From the IMG/VR virus record IMGVR_UViG_3300009499_000296: 64,000 nt of DNA, one strand, 5' to 3'. This stretch comes from an uncultured virus (IMG/VR IMGVR_UViG_3300009499_000296) (taxonomy: Duplodnaviria > Heunggongvirae > Uroviricota > Caudoviricetes). Shown piece after piece: positions 38,896-47,534 of this stretch (the stretch's first letter is position 1; every line of letters starts with the position of its first letter). The notes under the pieces are model-generated. The model was given only the letters and a program-made list of their open reading frames with translations, was not told where the DNA came from and ran no database searches. A program made the translations under genes and the position numbers.

Positions 38896-39464
38896 TACGC
38901 CGCGGTGAGAATCTCTATCCCGAGGTACATTCTCCATATCCAGGTCGTGGCGTCGCCTTGTTCTCGCTTTTCTTCCCATCGGCTTTTGGCGTAGACATCA
39001 CTCACCGTCTCCCCGAAGTCGTCAGAGCCGGTGATGGCATTATCCCTTAGAGCCTGCTTGACTCGCTGAAAGACCGTGTTGGCGTACTCCCGAGCCCTGT
39101 CTTGGTTATATCCCTTGTGAGAGTAGTGAGACAGAATATCAAGGGTGAATCTTCTCCACCAGTACTCAGCCCCTCCCACCTCCGCGAAGTCCATCCCGCC
39201 CTCGCCACGCATGATAGTGAGTGGTCCCATCGCGGCCGGGAGACGAGCTATCGTATCGTGCCATTGCAGCTCACCGCTCTTAGTAGGGTTGTTGAACAGT
39301 ACGCAGACGTGATTCCCATGCTCCGTCGTGGGATCGGCATTCAGTCTCCCAATCTTTACCGTGTCCACGTAGGTAGGGTCGCCAGTGGAGATAGCCGACT
39401 GACAACCACTGACAAACAGTGCTACCATTGCCTCAGCAATGACATCGCTGATTCCTACGCTCAT
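38892..39464 (-). CDS. tail terminator/completion-like protein
   Basis: position between head-tail adaptor and tail tube. Confidence 0.55.
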   Translation of the reverse strand: MSVGISDVIAEAMVALFVSGCQSAISTGDPTYVDTVKIGRLNADPTTEHGNHVCVLFNNPTKSGELQWHDTIARLPAAMGPLTIMRGEGGMDFAEVGGAEYWWRRFTLDILSHYSHKGYNQDRAREYANTVFQRVKQALRDNAITGSDDFGETVSDVYAKSRWEEKREQGDATTWIWRMYLGIEILTAAY

Positions 39465-40126
39465 TCGCCCCTCCCTCTGCGGTGGAACTCCACCACCCCA
39501 GTGGGGAGCCGCTGGTGCAACTTGTCCCAGAACTCTCTCTCAAACTGCCTGTGGATAGGCAGTAAGGGATTGTGCGTGGGGTTCCCAGAGTCCATGCCTG
39601 CCTGATCCCACCTGCTCAAGCGGGAATCGTCAATCGCCACTCTAGCTGTAGCACGGCTGGCTGCATAGAGGGCAAGGAGCTCTAGATCTCTGTCCGGCAC
39701 GGTGAGAGCAGTGGTATCGTCCACTATCTCCGTGTGCTTGGAGAAGTAGTGCAGAGTAAGCTCGTCATTGCTGTCTGGCGGAGAAGTTAGCTTGAACTTC
39801 TCGCCCTCTACGTACCACATCAAGGGATACTGAGAGCTGACGTTGTAGAACCCTGTCCCCGGCTTTATCTGTATCTCCTCCAGAAACCGGGGCTCATCGG
39901 CCCCTCCCTCGTAGAATGCCACCCGATTCACAGACAGAAACCCGGATGGCGCGGCCCACTCCTGTGTGGACCCATCGCACGACAGAGAGGCAGATGACTC
40001 CCGGGGAAAGTACTCAGAGTAGACCCGGATAGCCCAGTTGACGTAGAGGATCAGCTCAGGGTCCTCCCACTGAGCTGAAGTCCCTAGGAAGGCCTTGATG
40101 TCAGCTTTCAGCCCGCTCCAGGTCAC
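39461..40126 (-). CDS. head-tail adaptor protein
   Basis: directly after the capsid gene; ELILYVNWAI...LTLHYF pattern. Confidence 0.65.
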   Translation of the reverse strand: MTWSGLKADIKAFLGTSAQWEDPELILYVNWAIRVYSEYFPRESSASLSCDGSTQEWAAPSGFLSVNRVAFYEGGADEPRFLEEIQIKPGTGFYNVSSQYPLMWYVEGEKFKLTSPPDSNDELTLHYFSKHTEIVDDTTALTVPDRDLELLALYAASRATARVAIDDSRLSRWDQAGMDSGNPTHNPLLPIHRQFEREFWDKLHQRLPTGVVEFHRRGRGE

Positions 40127-40128
40127 AA

Positions 40129-42490
40129 TTAGCTCCAGCCAGTTGACCCAGCCGAGAAGATCAGATAGACGTATTCTGGGCGGAACTGCTGATACTTGAT
40201 CCAGGCATCCCAACTGAACCGGTACATGCTCTCGAAGTCGTCTACTGGAGGGGGGGTGTGCAACTGAGGTCTCTGCCCCACGCCAGCGGCAACCCCGTTG
40301 GGGCCAGCGATGAACACAGTCATGTGAACATCAAGACCCCTGGTGATGTACCAGGTATCTGAGGCAGTCAAATCCTTTAGGATCGGCCTCTCAAAGCTCA
40401 GCGTGTTGTCTCCACCCGGGTCAACCGCATAGATGACTCGCTCGATCTTCGTACCATCGTCCCACTTAGCCCTGCCGTCGCTCTCCCTGGTCTGTTGAAT
40501 ACTCACCCTATCCTTGGCGCTGAACCCCGTAGAGTCAGTTACAGTGATATAGTGAGTAGCATCGGCTTCACCGACACCATACACTCCACGCACCTTCGTT
40601 GCGGGGGTAGGTGCGCCGTCGCCTGCGTCCACGTCTGCGGCCAGGGTGGTCTGAGCAGAGACAGTTCCACAGTTCCACAGAATGTTCCGAGTGGTCTGTA
40701 GGAACCGAGCCTGCTTGTACTGCCCTACCTCATAGCGAGAGATGGGGGGTATGTTCTGGTACAGCTGGACTGACTTCCAGTGGCTGTCGTCGGCTGCCGC
40801 GGCCTGGATATCGTAGATCACACCGGGAGTGGTGATCCCTACGATTGTGCCCTGCGGTCCCGTGGGGTTGTTCGCCATCGGGCACTCATTGACCGCTGCC
40901 TCTAGCCAGACCTGCATCACGTCATCTACGTCGAAGATGTCGGTGGAAGTCAGGTTGGCGAATCCTGAGTCATCTACACCGGTTGCGGTTCCCGAGAACA
41001 TCATGAAGTAGCTGTTCCCGAAAGCATTCCGCATGAGGACGTCCAGATAGTCAGTGATATTCTGGCCCAGCTTTCCTCGACAGATTGGCCTCAGCCCCGC
41101 CTGCCCGTTCTGTTTCCAGTAGGTCACCATGTCGTCGTACTTGTGAAGGGAGATTTTGTCCCCGTGCAATCTGTTACTTGACCAACCAACCTATTTGTGG
41201 TATACTGTACCCATCAGGATAACTTTACAAGGAGGTCAATCATGGACTCTATAGTTGTTGCCGAGTTTCGCGGTTTGTTCTGGGGTGAGGGTTCGGTTCT
41301 GATCACCCGCAAGAGACTCAAGGGTAGGGGCCTTTGGACTTATGTTCCCGCTCTCACGATGGATATGTACAACGACGAGAGGGAAATCTTGAAGGCGGTC
41401 GCCCTACACATTGGCGGTCATTTTGGCGGCCCCTACAAAATCTCTGGTGCCAATGATAGCTTCCGCTACCGCTGGCGCGTAGATGGCTTTACCCAAACCC
41501 CGCCTATTGCTCGCTTGCTCCTAGACGGAGCTGTTCTCCCACATCCTAAGATAGAACAACTGGGGCTCCTGCTGGAGTTCTGCAACTACCGTCTCTCGTT
41601 TCGCCACAGTTACCTGGGGCGAAAAGTCAAGGCAAAACTGGCTGAGTATTTCGAGCGCATGAAAGCTCTCCGTTGTTAAGGTTGGCGAGCCAGTCATTTC
41701 TGCTGGCCTCTTACGGTTCATTTCCCGTAAGTTCGGACTGTCGCATCCTCTTTCGAGGCCCTCTCGCTCAGTCTCTCAGGCTGCTTCCGCTTGCCCCCTG
41801 TTGGCATCTCAGCGTTCAGGTCAATCAGAGAGGGTTTTTCATTCTCGCTATGCTGCGAGCGGGAGCGCCAAGGTTCCTAAACGCTCCATCGTTACCTGGA
41901 TGGAACGAGAGTCCAGGTGCTGGCTGGGAACCCAGAGCTCCCGGTCGCCCAGCGCAGTCACGTCAGGCTCCGTGTCGTAGAGCTCGCGGAAGATCATCGT
42001 TTCGGTCGGTGCGGCGAGCATGTTTACCTGATACCTCACGAAAGGGGCGTACACCGACCTGGCGCGGAAAACATCAAGCAGGTCTGGAACATACCAGTCT
42101 CTTTTATTGTTGGTTATAGCGCCCCATAATGTGTTACTTGCTTACCCGTCCTGATGCGTATAGAATTCTTGACGGGCGGGCCATCATTTCTGTGGCCTCT
42201 GCATGTCACCATGCAGTTCGGACTATACCACGATCTGCCCGCCTCCTCGGCAGACCCACCGTGTCTAGTCTCTGAACCGTCTCCCGCCTCCCGGGGGGCT
42301 TGGCTGCTGATTGTCCCTATCTCCAAACTTCTCAAACCCTCACGCTTATCGTTCCCGATTACGTTGTGGTGTCGGAGCCTAACGGGATATTCCAGCAATT
42401 TACGGTGTTTTCATACAGGGTCACCCCCGTATGCCCCTGGGGCTAATCAGGGTGGTCGCTATAATACGTATCGAAGTCTCCAGTAGCCAT
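40129..42490 (-). CDS. major capsid protein, three exons (42490-42449, 42126-41881, 41166-40129), ~441 aa spliced
   Basis: exons join in frame: MATGDFDTYYSDHP|WGAITNNKRDWYVPDLL...VTMER|HGDKISLHKYDD...; follows the scaffold gene; RYEVGQYKQARF, PVDDFESMYRFSW. Confidence 0.85.
41178..41206 (+). promoter_or_regulatory. intron-internal promoter for the antisense HEG
   Basis: TTGACC-N17-TATACT with TG extension. Confidence 0.75.
41242..41679 (+). CDS. LAGLIDADG homing endonuclease, antisense within intron 2
   Basis: AEFRGLFWGEGS motif; AAGGAGG RBS; KIEQLGLLLEF. Confidence 0.85.
   Translation: MDSIVVAEFRGLFWGEGSVLITRKRLKGRGLWTYVPALTMDMYNDEREILKAVALHIGGHFGGPYKISGANDSFRYRWRVDGFTQTPPIARLLLDGAVLPHPKIEQLGLLLEFCNYRLSFRHSYLGRKVKAKLAEYFERMKALRC
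42127..42448 (-). mobile_element. group I intron 1 in the capsid gene (322 nt, no ORF)
   Basis: P AAATTGCTGGAA, Q AATCAGCAGC, R GTTCAGAGACTAG, S GTATAGTCC; P2 with GUGA tetraloop. Confidence 0.9.
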
Positions 42491-42503
42491 TGTTTTTCAC
42501 CTC

Positions 42504-43151
42504 TTATGCGCCTCCTAGTCTCGACCACAGTTGGCTCAGCTTCTCATACTCTTCCTCAAAGCCTGGCTTGCCAGCTATCTCGCTCAGCCGGGCAGCCAGC
42601 TCCTCCTCGGAAGGTGCACCCACACCCCTTGCGGGGGAGGCGGGTGGAGAAACACCCCTCGTTGCAAGTTCTACTTGCCTCTGAACCTCAGTCTCTATGT
42701 GAGAGGACATCAGTTCGTTCCACTCCCCAAGGGTTGTTCTCTGCTCGTCTGCATTCCCTGCGGTCGGGATAAGGTCTGTAAACTTGAAAAGATCGGGGAA
42801 CTCTGAATGGATCAGGTCGTACTTCTGGAGCTTCGCCGTTGCCTCAGTGTACTCTGCAACCAGCTTCTCGGTCTCCACCTCGGCTTCCTGCGATACCTGC
42901 TCCCAGGTTGCCTTCTCGGCTACCAGAGTTCCAAGTTGTTTTTTAGACTCTGCAACATCCTGGGTTAGCTTCTGCTGAGCGGATTCCCAGTTCTGCTTCT
43001 CCTGTTGAAGGGCCTGGAACTGGGCCTGCCACCCCGTAGCTCGCTTCTGCCATTCTGTTGCTTTTGCTTGCCAGTCATCTGGTTCTGAAGCAGCGGGCGG
43101 AGCGCCTTCAATCGGTTCCCCCCCTGGTTCCTGAGCAACAACTTCCGGCAT
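42504..43151 (-). CDS. capsid scaffolding protein
   Basis: acidic coiled coil immediately upstream of the capsid gene. Confidence 0.75.
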   Translation of the reverse strand: MPEVVAQEPGGEPIEGAPPAASEPDDWQAKATEWQKRATGWQAQFQALQQEKQNWESAQQKLTQDVAESKKQLGTLVAEKATWEQVSQEAEVETEKLVAEYTEATAKLQKYDLIHSEFPDLFKFTDLIPTAGNADEQRTTLGEWNELMSSHIETEVQRQVELATRGVSPPASPARGVGAPSEEELAARLSEIAGKPGFEEEYEKLSQLWSRLGGA

Positions 43152-43178
43152 GATTACCTCCTTACGTTGTCGGATACA

Positions 43179-43433
43179 TTATTCTGACGGCTTTAGCTTG
43201 TACGCTGGTACTGTGATTATCCTGCCATCAAGAGTCTCAATCTGCTTGCCTACTGGTACTAGATGGCCCGCCTTCTTCAACTCCTGAAGCCTCTTCAGGA
43301 CCGCCCCCCTGGTTTTACCAAGTGTCTCACACAACTCAGTAGTAGTTATGCCCTCACCCCCAGCACTTGCCTCTTTCTGAAGTTCACGCACCAGCGCATC
43401 CATAGAGAAGTCTGGCTTAGGCTTTTCGTTCAT
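43179..43433 (-). CDS. small winged-HTH protein
   Basis: ITTTELCETLGKTRGAVLKRLQELKKAG. Confidence 0.7.
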   Translation of the reverse strand: MNEKPKPDFSMDALVRELQKEASAGGEGITTTELCETLGKTRGAVLKRLQELKKAGHLVPVGKQIETLDGRIITVPAYKLKPSE

Positions 43434-44244
43434 ACTTCTCCCTCCTCCACTTGGGATGCTTGAAGTAGATGGGCTTGATCTCTGCTACGTGCAGCTCTTT
43501 GCCCACTCTCTCGGGATATAGTTCTAAGACGGTAACCCCAATGTGACGCTGCAAGTACCGGTTCTTGACCTTGAGCAGCCTAGCGTAGCGAGAGTCAAGC
43601 TGGAAGGAAAACGTCGAGACGTACAGTGTGCCCTCAATGAAGAGGTTGAAATACGTATGAACGTGGCTCCGAATGATTATGTGAGAGGTGCCGCCTTCCT
43701 TCATTACAGCTGCAAGAGCCTCAAACTGGATTTCCCGCTCTGCTGCGGTTGACTTGTAGCGGAGCATTGAAGACTGGGCATGTGCGATGTCCTGCTTTAT
43801 GCCCTCAACGCTCAATCCCAGCCAATCCCGGGCACAGTGTCCCCATTCATCGGGAACAGCACCTAGGCGCTCAGCCAGCTGCTCTTCAAAAGTTCCCGCC
43901 TCGCCAGTGTGATACGTGGTGCCCATTGTGGCATAAACTACACCTGCTCGCTCGGCCAGGGGAGCTAAAAGCTCGTAGGCTGCGCGCCCCTGCCACTCTG
44001 GGTCAGCTTCGGTGAGATCGCGGGCCATCTGCCTTGGATTCTGCCCGTCTGTCAAGTCACCATTCAGAACGAGAATATCAAACGTGGGTGGTAAAACACC
44101 AAGAACGTGCTGCCAACACTTCCCGAGGTAACGCTGTCCTTTATTGAGTCTGACAATCTCTCCCGTGCTCTTCCTGAAGCCCTGGGGGAACACTCCGTAG
44201 GCAGACCCGACGTGAGTATCTGAGACGATAACCTCAGTAAGCAC
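43417..44244 (-). CDS. calcineurin-like metallophosphoesterase
   Basis: SDTHVG, NGDLTDG, GTTYH, IAH, RSHVH. Confidence 0.8.
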   Translation of the reverse strand: MLTEVIVSDTHVGSAYGVFPQGFRKSTGEIVRLNKGQRYLGKCWQHVLGVLPPTFDILVLNGDLTDGQNPRQMARDLTEADPEWQGRAAYELLAPLAERAGVVYATMGTTYHTGEAGTFEEQLAERLGAVPDEWGHCARDWLGLSVEGIKQDIAHAQSSMLRYKSTAAEREIQFEALAAVMKEGGTSHIIIRSHVHTYFNLFIEGTLYVSTFSFQLDSRYARLLKVKNRYLQRHIGVTVLELYPERVGKELHVAEIKPIYFKHPKWRREKYERKA

Positions 44245-44258
44245 ATTGCCTCCCTTCG

Positions 44259-44486
44259 TTACTTTTGCTTTTTGCGTCGAGCGTTCCAAGCCTTAAGCCC
44301 AGCCCTTACCCTTTTGGCCGTAGTATTGCCCATATTAGCGATGAAATTGAGCTTGGACATCAATGTCTTATAGGGAACCCTCCCACTAAGAACAGCCTTC
44401 TTCAGCTTCGCCAGTGACGGATAACCGAGCGCACTGAGGCTACCCTTCTTGAGCTGAATTCCCTTGGACCACTTTCGCTTCGCCAT
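44259..44486 (-). CDS. small basic protein
   Basis: Lys/Arg rich; GAGG RBS. Confidence 0.6.
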   Translation of the reverse strand: MAKRKWSKGIQLKKGSLSALGYPSLAKLKKAVLSGRVPYKTLMSKLNFIANMGNTTAKRVRAGLKAWNARRKKQK

Positions 44487-45927
44487 CCTCGACCCTCGCC
44501 TTGAACTGCATCCACCCTTTTATCCGGGCTATCTCCTGCTCGTTGTCCTGTGTGTTCGCCAGCCTCTCAACTGCCGTCTCCAGGCTCTGGAGATCAGAAC
44601 CGGCCAATTGTACCAGCTCCTCGACAAGGGCCTCTCGGTCTTTCGGTTGAATTGGCGCCCACTGTGTTACAGTCCTATGCCCCTCCAGTTCTTCTTTGTA
44701 GCCCTTAAAGCCGTGGGTCTTCAGCATCGTGAGTATCAGTCTGTTTATGTCTCTAAACCCATCGTCCCACCAGGCTCTCGACCACTTGCACTGCTGCAAG
44801 AGGGGCCACATCCGGATGATCAGTGTGACCCCACTTCTCTGAGATCCCTCGTCCAGTCCAAAGGCCACGGGGGGCGTGAAGGCCGCCATCTTAGCCGTAT
44901 CCAGGAGAAATTGGATGTAATCCTTAGCCCCCCGCGGGGTATCCCCAGGGGGGACCCGGGTCAAGGCTGGTGCCGGATACCCCGGGACACCCATTCCCAG
45001 GTTGAGGATCCCACTGGGGGTTGGCCTCAGCTTTTGGGCGTCCCCACGATAGTTGGCCAACTGTAGTATGCCGTGGCACTCATTGAGAATCTGATCACCG
45101 ATGTCTGCCACCCTGTCGTTGAACTCGTCCTGAAGACCCATCAAGTCCTCGCACAGGGAGATCCCGTAGAACTGCTCCATCCTGAGACGAGGGATATACG
45201 CGAAGGGAATCACCCCGTAGGGATTCTCCTCTTCAGGAAGATAGACTTTTCCACCCACAGTAATCTTGTGAGTTTCTTTAGTCCAAGTCTCTCGATACTC
45301 GACCTCACTGTCAGAATAGTATTTATCTCCGTAGACCAACCTCGCCTGCTGGCCCGAGATCTTGAACTGGATGCGAGCTTCCAGAAGCGTGTGAAAGTCA
45401 GTAGGATGCCATATCGGGCGGAAGAAGTAGGGAGACAGATACTCGATCTTAATCTCGTGTTTTTTGTCTTTGTCCCTTCGGAGACGGAAGACACATCCAC
45501 CGTACACTTGAGCGGCCAGAGCCTGCTCTATGAGTAACGTCTCCCTGTGGTTCTCTGCCCAAACGGCGTTAACCAGCTTCTGCCCCTCCAGAGCCAGCCT
45601 CTTGGCCGCCTCCTCTTGCTTAATGGCCCCCGGGGAAGAGATCTCGCTGGGGTCCTTGTTCTCGAAGCGAAAGGTTACGATCTCGTCTTCCCATTCCCCC
45701 CAGAGAGCCATGGCGTGCATGAGGGAAAGGATCTTGACGAGGTTAATCTTAACAGGCCACCTGAGAGGTGGCTTCCCGCTCTCTACCTGGACGTTCTCTG
45801 CCAGAGTTCTCCAAATCTCGCCAGTCCAGTACTTCAGATAAGTATCATAAAGGCTCTTCTGACTAGCCCAAGAACTCTCAGGAAAGATGCTAGTTGCCTT
45901 AGAGGAGATCAGGGTATCAAAATACAT
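44440..45927 (-). CDS. portal protein (SPP1 gp6-like)
   Basis: ENPYGVIPF...GISLCEDLMGLQDEFN...SGVTL...SLETAVERL. Confidence 0.85.
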   Translation of the reverse strand: MYFDTLISSKATSIFPESSWASQKSLYDTYLKYWTGEIWRTLAENVQVESGKPPLRWPVKINLVKILSLMHAMALWGEWEDEIVTFRFENKDPSEISSPGAIKQEEAAKRLALEGQKLVNAVWAENHRETLLIEQALAAQVYGGCVFRLRRDKDKKHEIKIEYLSPYFFRPIWHPTDFHTLLEARIQFKISGQQARLVYGDKYYSDSEVEYRETWTKETHKITVGGKVYLPEEENPYGVIPFAYIPRLRMEQFYGISLCEDLMGLQDEFNDRVADIGDQILNECHGILQLANYRGDAQKLRPTPSGILNLGMGVPGYPAPALTRVPPGDTPRGAKDYIQFLLDTAKMAAFTPPVAFGLDEGSQRSGVTLIIRMWPLLQQCKWSRAWWDDGFRDINRLILTMLKTHGFKGYKEELEGHRTVTQWAPIQPKDREALVEELVQLAGSDLQSLETAVERLANTQDNEQEIARIKGWMQFKARVEDGEAKVVQGNSAQEG

Positions 45928-46234
45928 TCGTTATCTTAACCCCTAACAACTGGGCTACTATTAGCACCAGTATGAGGATAATTTGTACTGCCATTATCCG
46001 GGTATGATAGTTGTTGGGATTGTGCGATTTCGACAAAAGGGCGTCGTCGTAGCGCTTCCCTCTCTCATTCAGGCGCGTAATCTCAGTCATCATTCCCGGC
46101 AGAGGACTCAACCTGGCATTAACCTCGGGTTTGGTGTAGTAATTGCGCAGCACCTCCTCGTGGTAGCCAGTCAGCTGCTCCGAGAGAGCATCAAGTTTCT
46201 CTTCAAATCTCGTCATGCGTGCGTCAATATCCAC
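45917..46234 (-). CDS. coiled-coil protein with a C-terminal TM helix
   Basis: IMAVQIILILVLIVAQLLGV; start uncertain. Confidence 0.55.
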   Translation of the reverse strand: MDIDARMTRFEEKLDALSEQLTGYHEEVLRNYYTKPEVNARLSPLPGMMTEITRLNERGKRYDDALLSKSHNPNNYHTRIMAVQIILILVLIVAQLLGVKITNVF

Positions 46235-46242
46235 GTATAAAC

Positions 46243-46273
46243 ACAAAAACGGCCATCCGATTATGGATGACCG
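46243..46273 (-). terminator. terminator downstream of the CRISPR mini-array
   Basis: CGGTCATCC-N6-GGATGGCCG-TTTTT. Confidence 0.7.
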
Positions 46274-46306
46274 CCTCAAATTGGTGGGTCGCTTATAAAG
46301 TTGTCA

Positions 46307-46457
46307 CCGTTCACCCCCACTGACGTGGGGAAAACAACACGTATCTAACGTGTCTCCCTCATTTCTCTCGGTTCACCCCCACGCGTGTGGGGAAAACAGG
46401 GAAAACTCTCATGGAAGTTCAGGTATGTCCGGGTCACCCCCACTATGTGGGGAAATA
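46307..46457 (-). CRISPR. type I-E-like CRISPR mini-array: 3 repeats, 2 spacers (32 and 33 nt), no cas genes
   Basis: central repeat GTTTTCCCCACACGCGTGGGGGTGAACCG (46369-46397); variants at 46307-46335 and 46430-46457. Confidence 0.88.
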
Positions 46458-46655
46458 GCTGCTCAGCTCCGGTATATCCTTCGACTTCGTGCCTGTGTCA
46501 ATCATGTCCACCCGCCCCTCTCTGAGGTGGATAGTTATCGTCCCGTGTCCACTGGTATTAGCAATCTGGACAATAGCTAGGGCCACTTTCCATATTGCCC
46601 CTCTCTCCCTTGGGGTAAGCTCCCTAGGAAGTTCGGCGATGTGGTCTGGTATCAT
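46443..46655 (-). CDS. small DUF2292/YezD-like protein; stop codon lies inside the first CRISPR repeat
   Basis: GHGTITIHLREGRVDMID. Confidence 0.55.
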   Translation of the reverse strand: MIPDHIAELPRELTPRERGAIWKVALAIVQIANTSGHGTITIHLREGRVDMIDTGTKSKDIPELSSYFPT

Positions 46656-46668
46656 ATTAACCACCCTT

Positions 46669-46696
46669 ATTATATCAGGTTTTCTGGCATTGTCAA
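46669..46696 (-). promoter_or_regulatory. sigma70-type promoter upstream of the small ORF and mini-array
   Basis: TTGACA-N16-TATAAT with TG extension. Confidence 0.75.
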
Positions 46697-46960
46697 GTAC
46701 TCTTCCCACTGAAGTTCAAATGGGATCCCGGCCCCTCTCATAATCTCCCGAATGTCAAAGTCCGCTAACTCAAAAACCAGAATGGCCCATTGCGAATAGA
46801 AGAACTCCAGAAGCTCTGAATCTGCCGTGTAATAAGGTCGGTGGTGCTCCAGCTTAGGCAGATAGGGGGCTCTCTTTCGGTCGCGCCCCCAATCTCTCCA
46901 ATCTGTAAGGGCTCGGGCAACGATGCTTCTGGCTAAGAATCGGTACGCCGGTAAGTACAC
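46670..46960 (-). CDS. hypothetical protein
   Basis: LARSIVARALTD...LEFFYSQW pattern. Confidence 0.55.
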   Translation of the reverse strand: MYLPAYRFLARSIVARALTDWRDWGRDRKRAPYLPKLEHHRPYYTADSELLEFFYSQWAILVFELADFDIREIMRGAGIPFELQWEEYLTMPENLI

Positions 46961-47099
46961 GCATCACTCTCCGCCTTCGCTCTATCATAGCCTCTCTTCC
47001 AGTGCCCATATCTCTCACTGCCTTTCTCGTAAGGGCACGCCGACTTTATAAGGAAGGCGCCAAATCCCTCTCCTTCTAGCTTCTCTATCTCCTCTTCTG

Positions 47100-47291
47100 T
47101 TAGCGCCATGTCTTATCCTCGGCTTCATAAAAAGCCCACTCTCCATCAACGAGCTTGAAGGACCCCAGATATTTTTCATAGGGCAACACCATCGAGATGT
47201 GCATCTCGGCTGCGTCTGGCGGCACCTCATTGGGATCAACTGAAATGATCACATTCCCGGTGCTAAAGTCTACGACAAGAGGTTGTCCCAT
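47100..47291 (-). CDS. hypothetical protein
   Basis: GGAGG RBS. Confidence 0.5.
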   Translation of the reverse strand: MGQPLVVDFSTGNVIISVDPNEVPPDAAEMHISMVLPYEKYLGSFKLVDGEWAFYEAEDKTWR

Positions 47292-47294
47292 CCC

Positions 47295-47534
47295 TTATCC
47301 TCCAACCGTACCCCGTAAAGTCTCTCGGTCGTCAGCGCCATTTCGCTGAGTTTGCGCGAAACGCTCTACTGCCTCTCCAACCCGTACCCCTAGAGGGCAG
47401 CCCTGAAGCATATACGAGTTCTTCAGAAGAATCCCAAATCTCCGATATTCCTCTGGAGACGGTCTCTTCTCCCACTTCCCGTCACGGGATAGCGGCTCTA
47501 CGATGAATTCTAGTTGTTCCTGGGTGAGTCCCAC
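47295..47534 (-). CDS. hypothetical protein
   Basis: GGAGG RBS, GTG start. Confidence 0.5.
   Translation of the reverse strand: MGLTQEQLEFIVEPLSRDGKWEKRPSPEEYRRFGILLKNSYMLQGCPLGVRVGEAVERFAQTQRNGADDRETLRGTVGG

Larger units (their letters stand above)
41167..41880 (-). mobile_element. group I intron 2 in the capsid gene (714 nt, contains a HEG)
   Basis: P1 GGAGCGU/GCGCUCC with U.G pair; R CCTGAGAGACTGAG, S GACAGTCC; terminal omega-G. Confidence 0.9.

Noticed and set aside
41673..42486. ORF-track calls 41673-42119, 42114-42398 and 42154-42486
   Set aside because: They overlap group I intron cores and capsid exon 2; spurious frames
46398..46429. Self-target for the 32-nt spacer
   Set aside because: Only ~10-nt matches seen (e.g. 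near 4851), within chance
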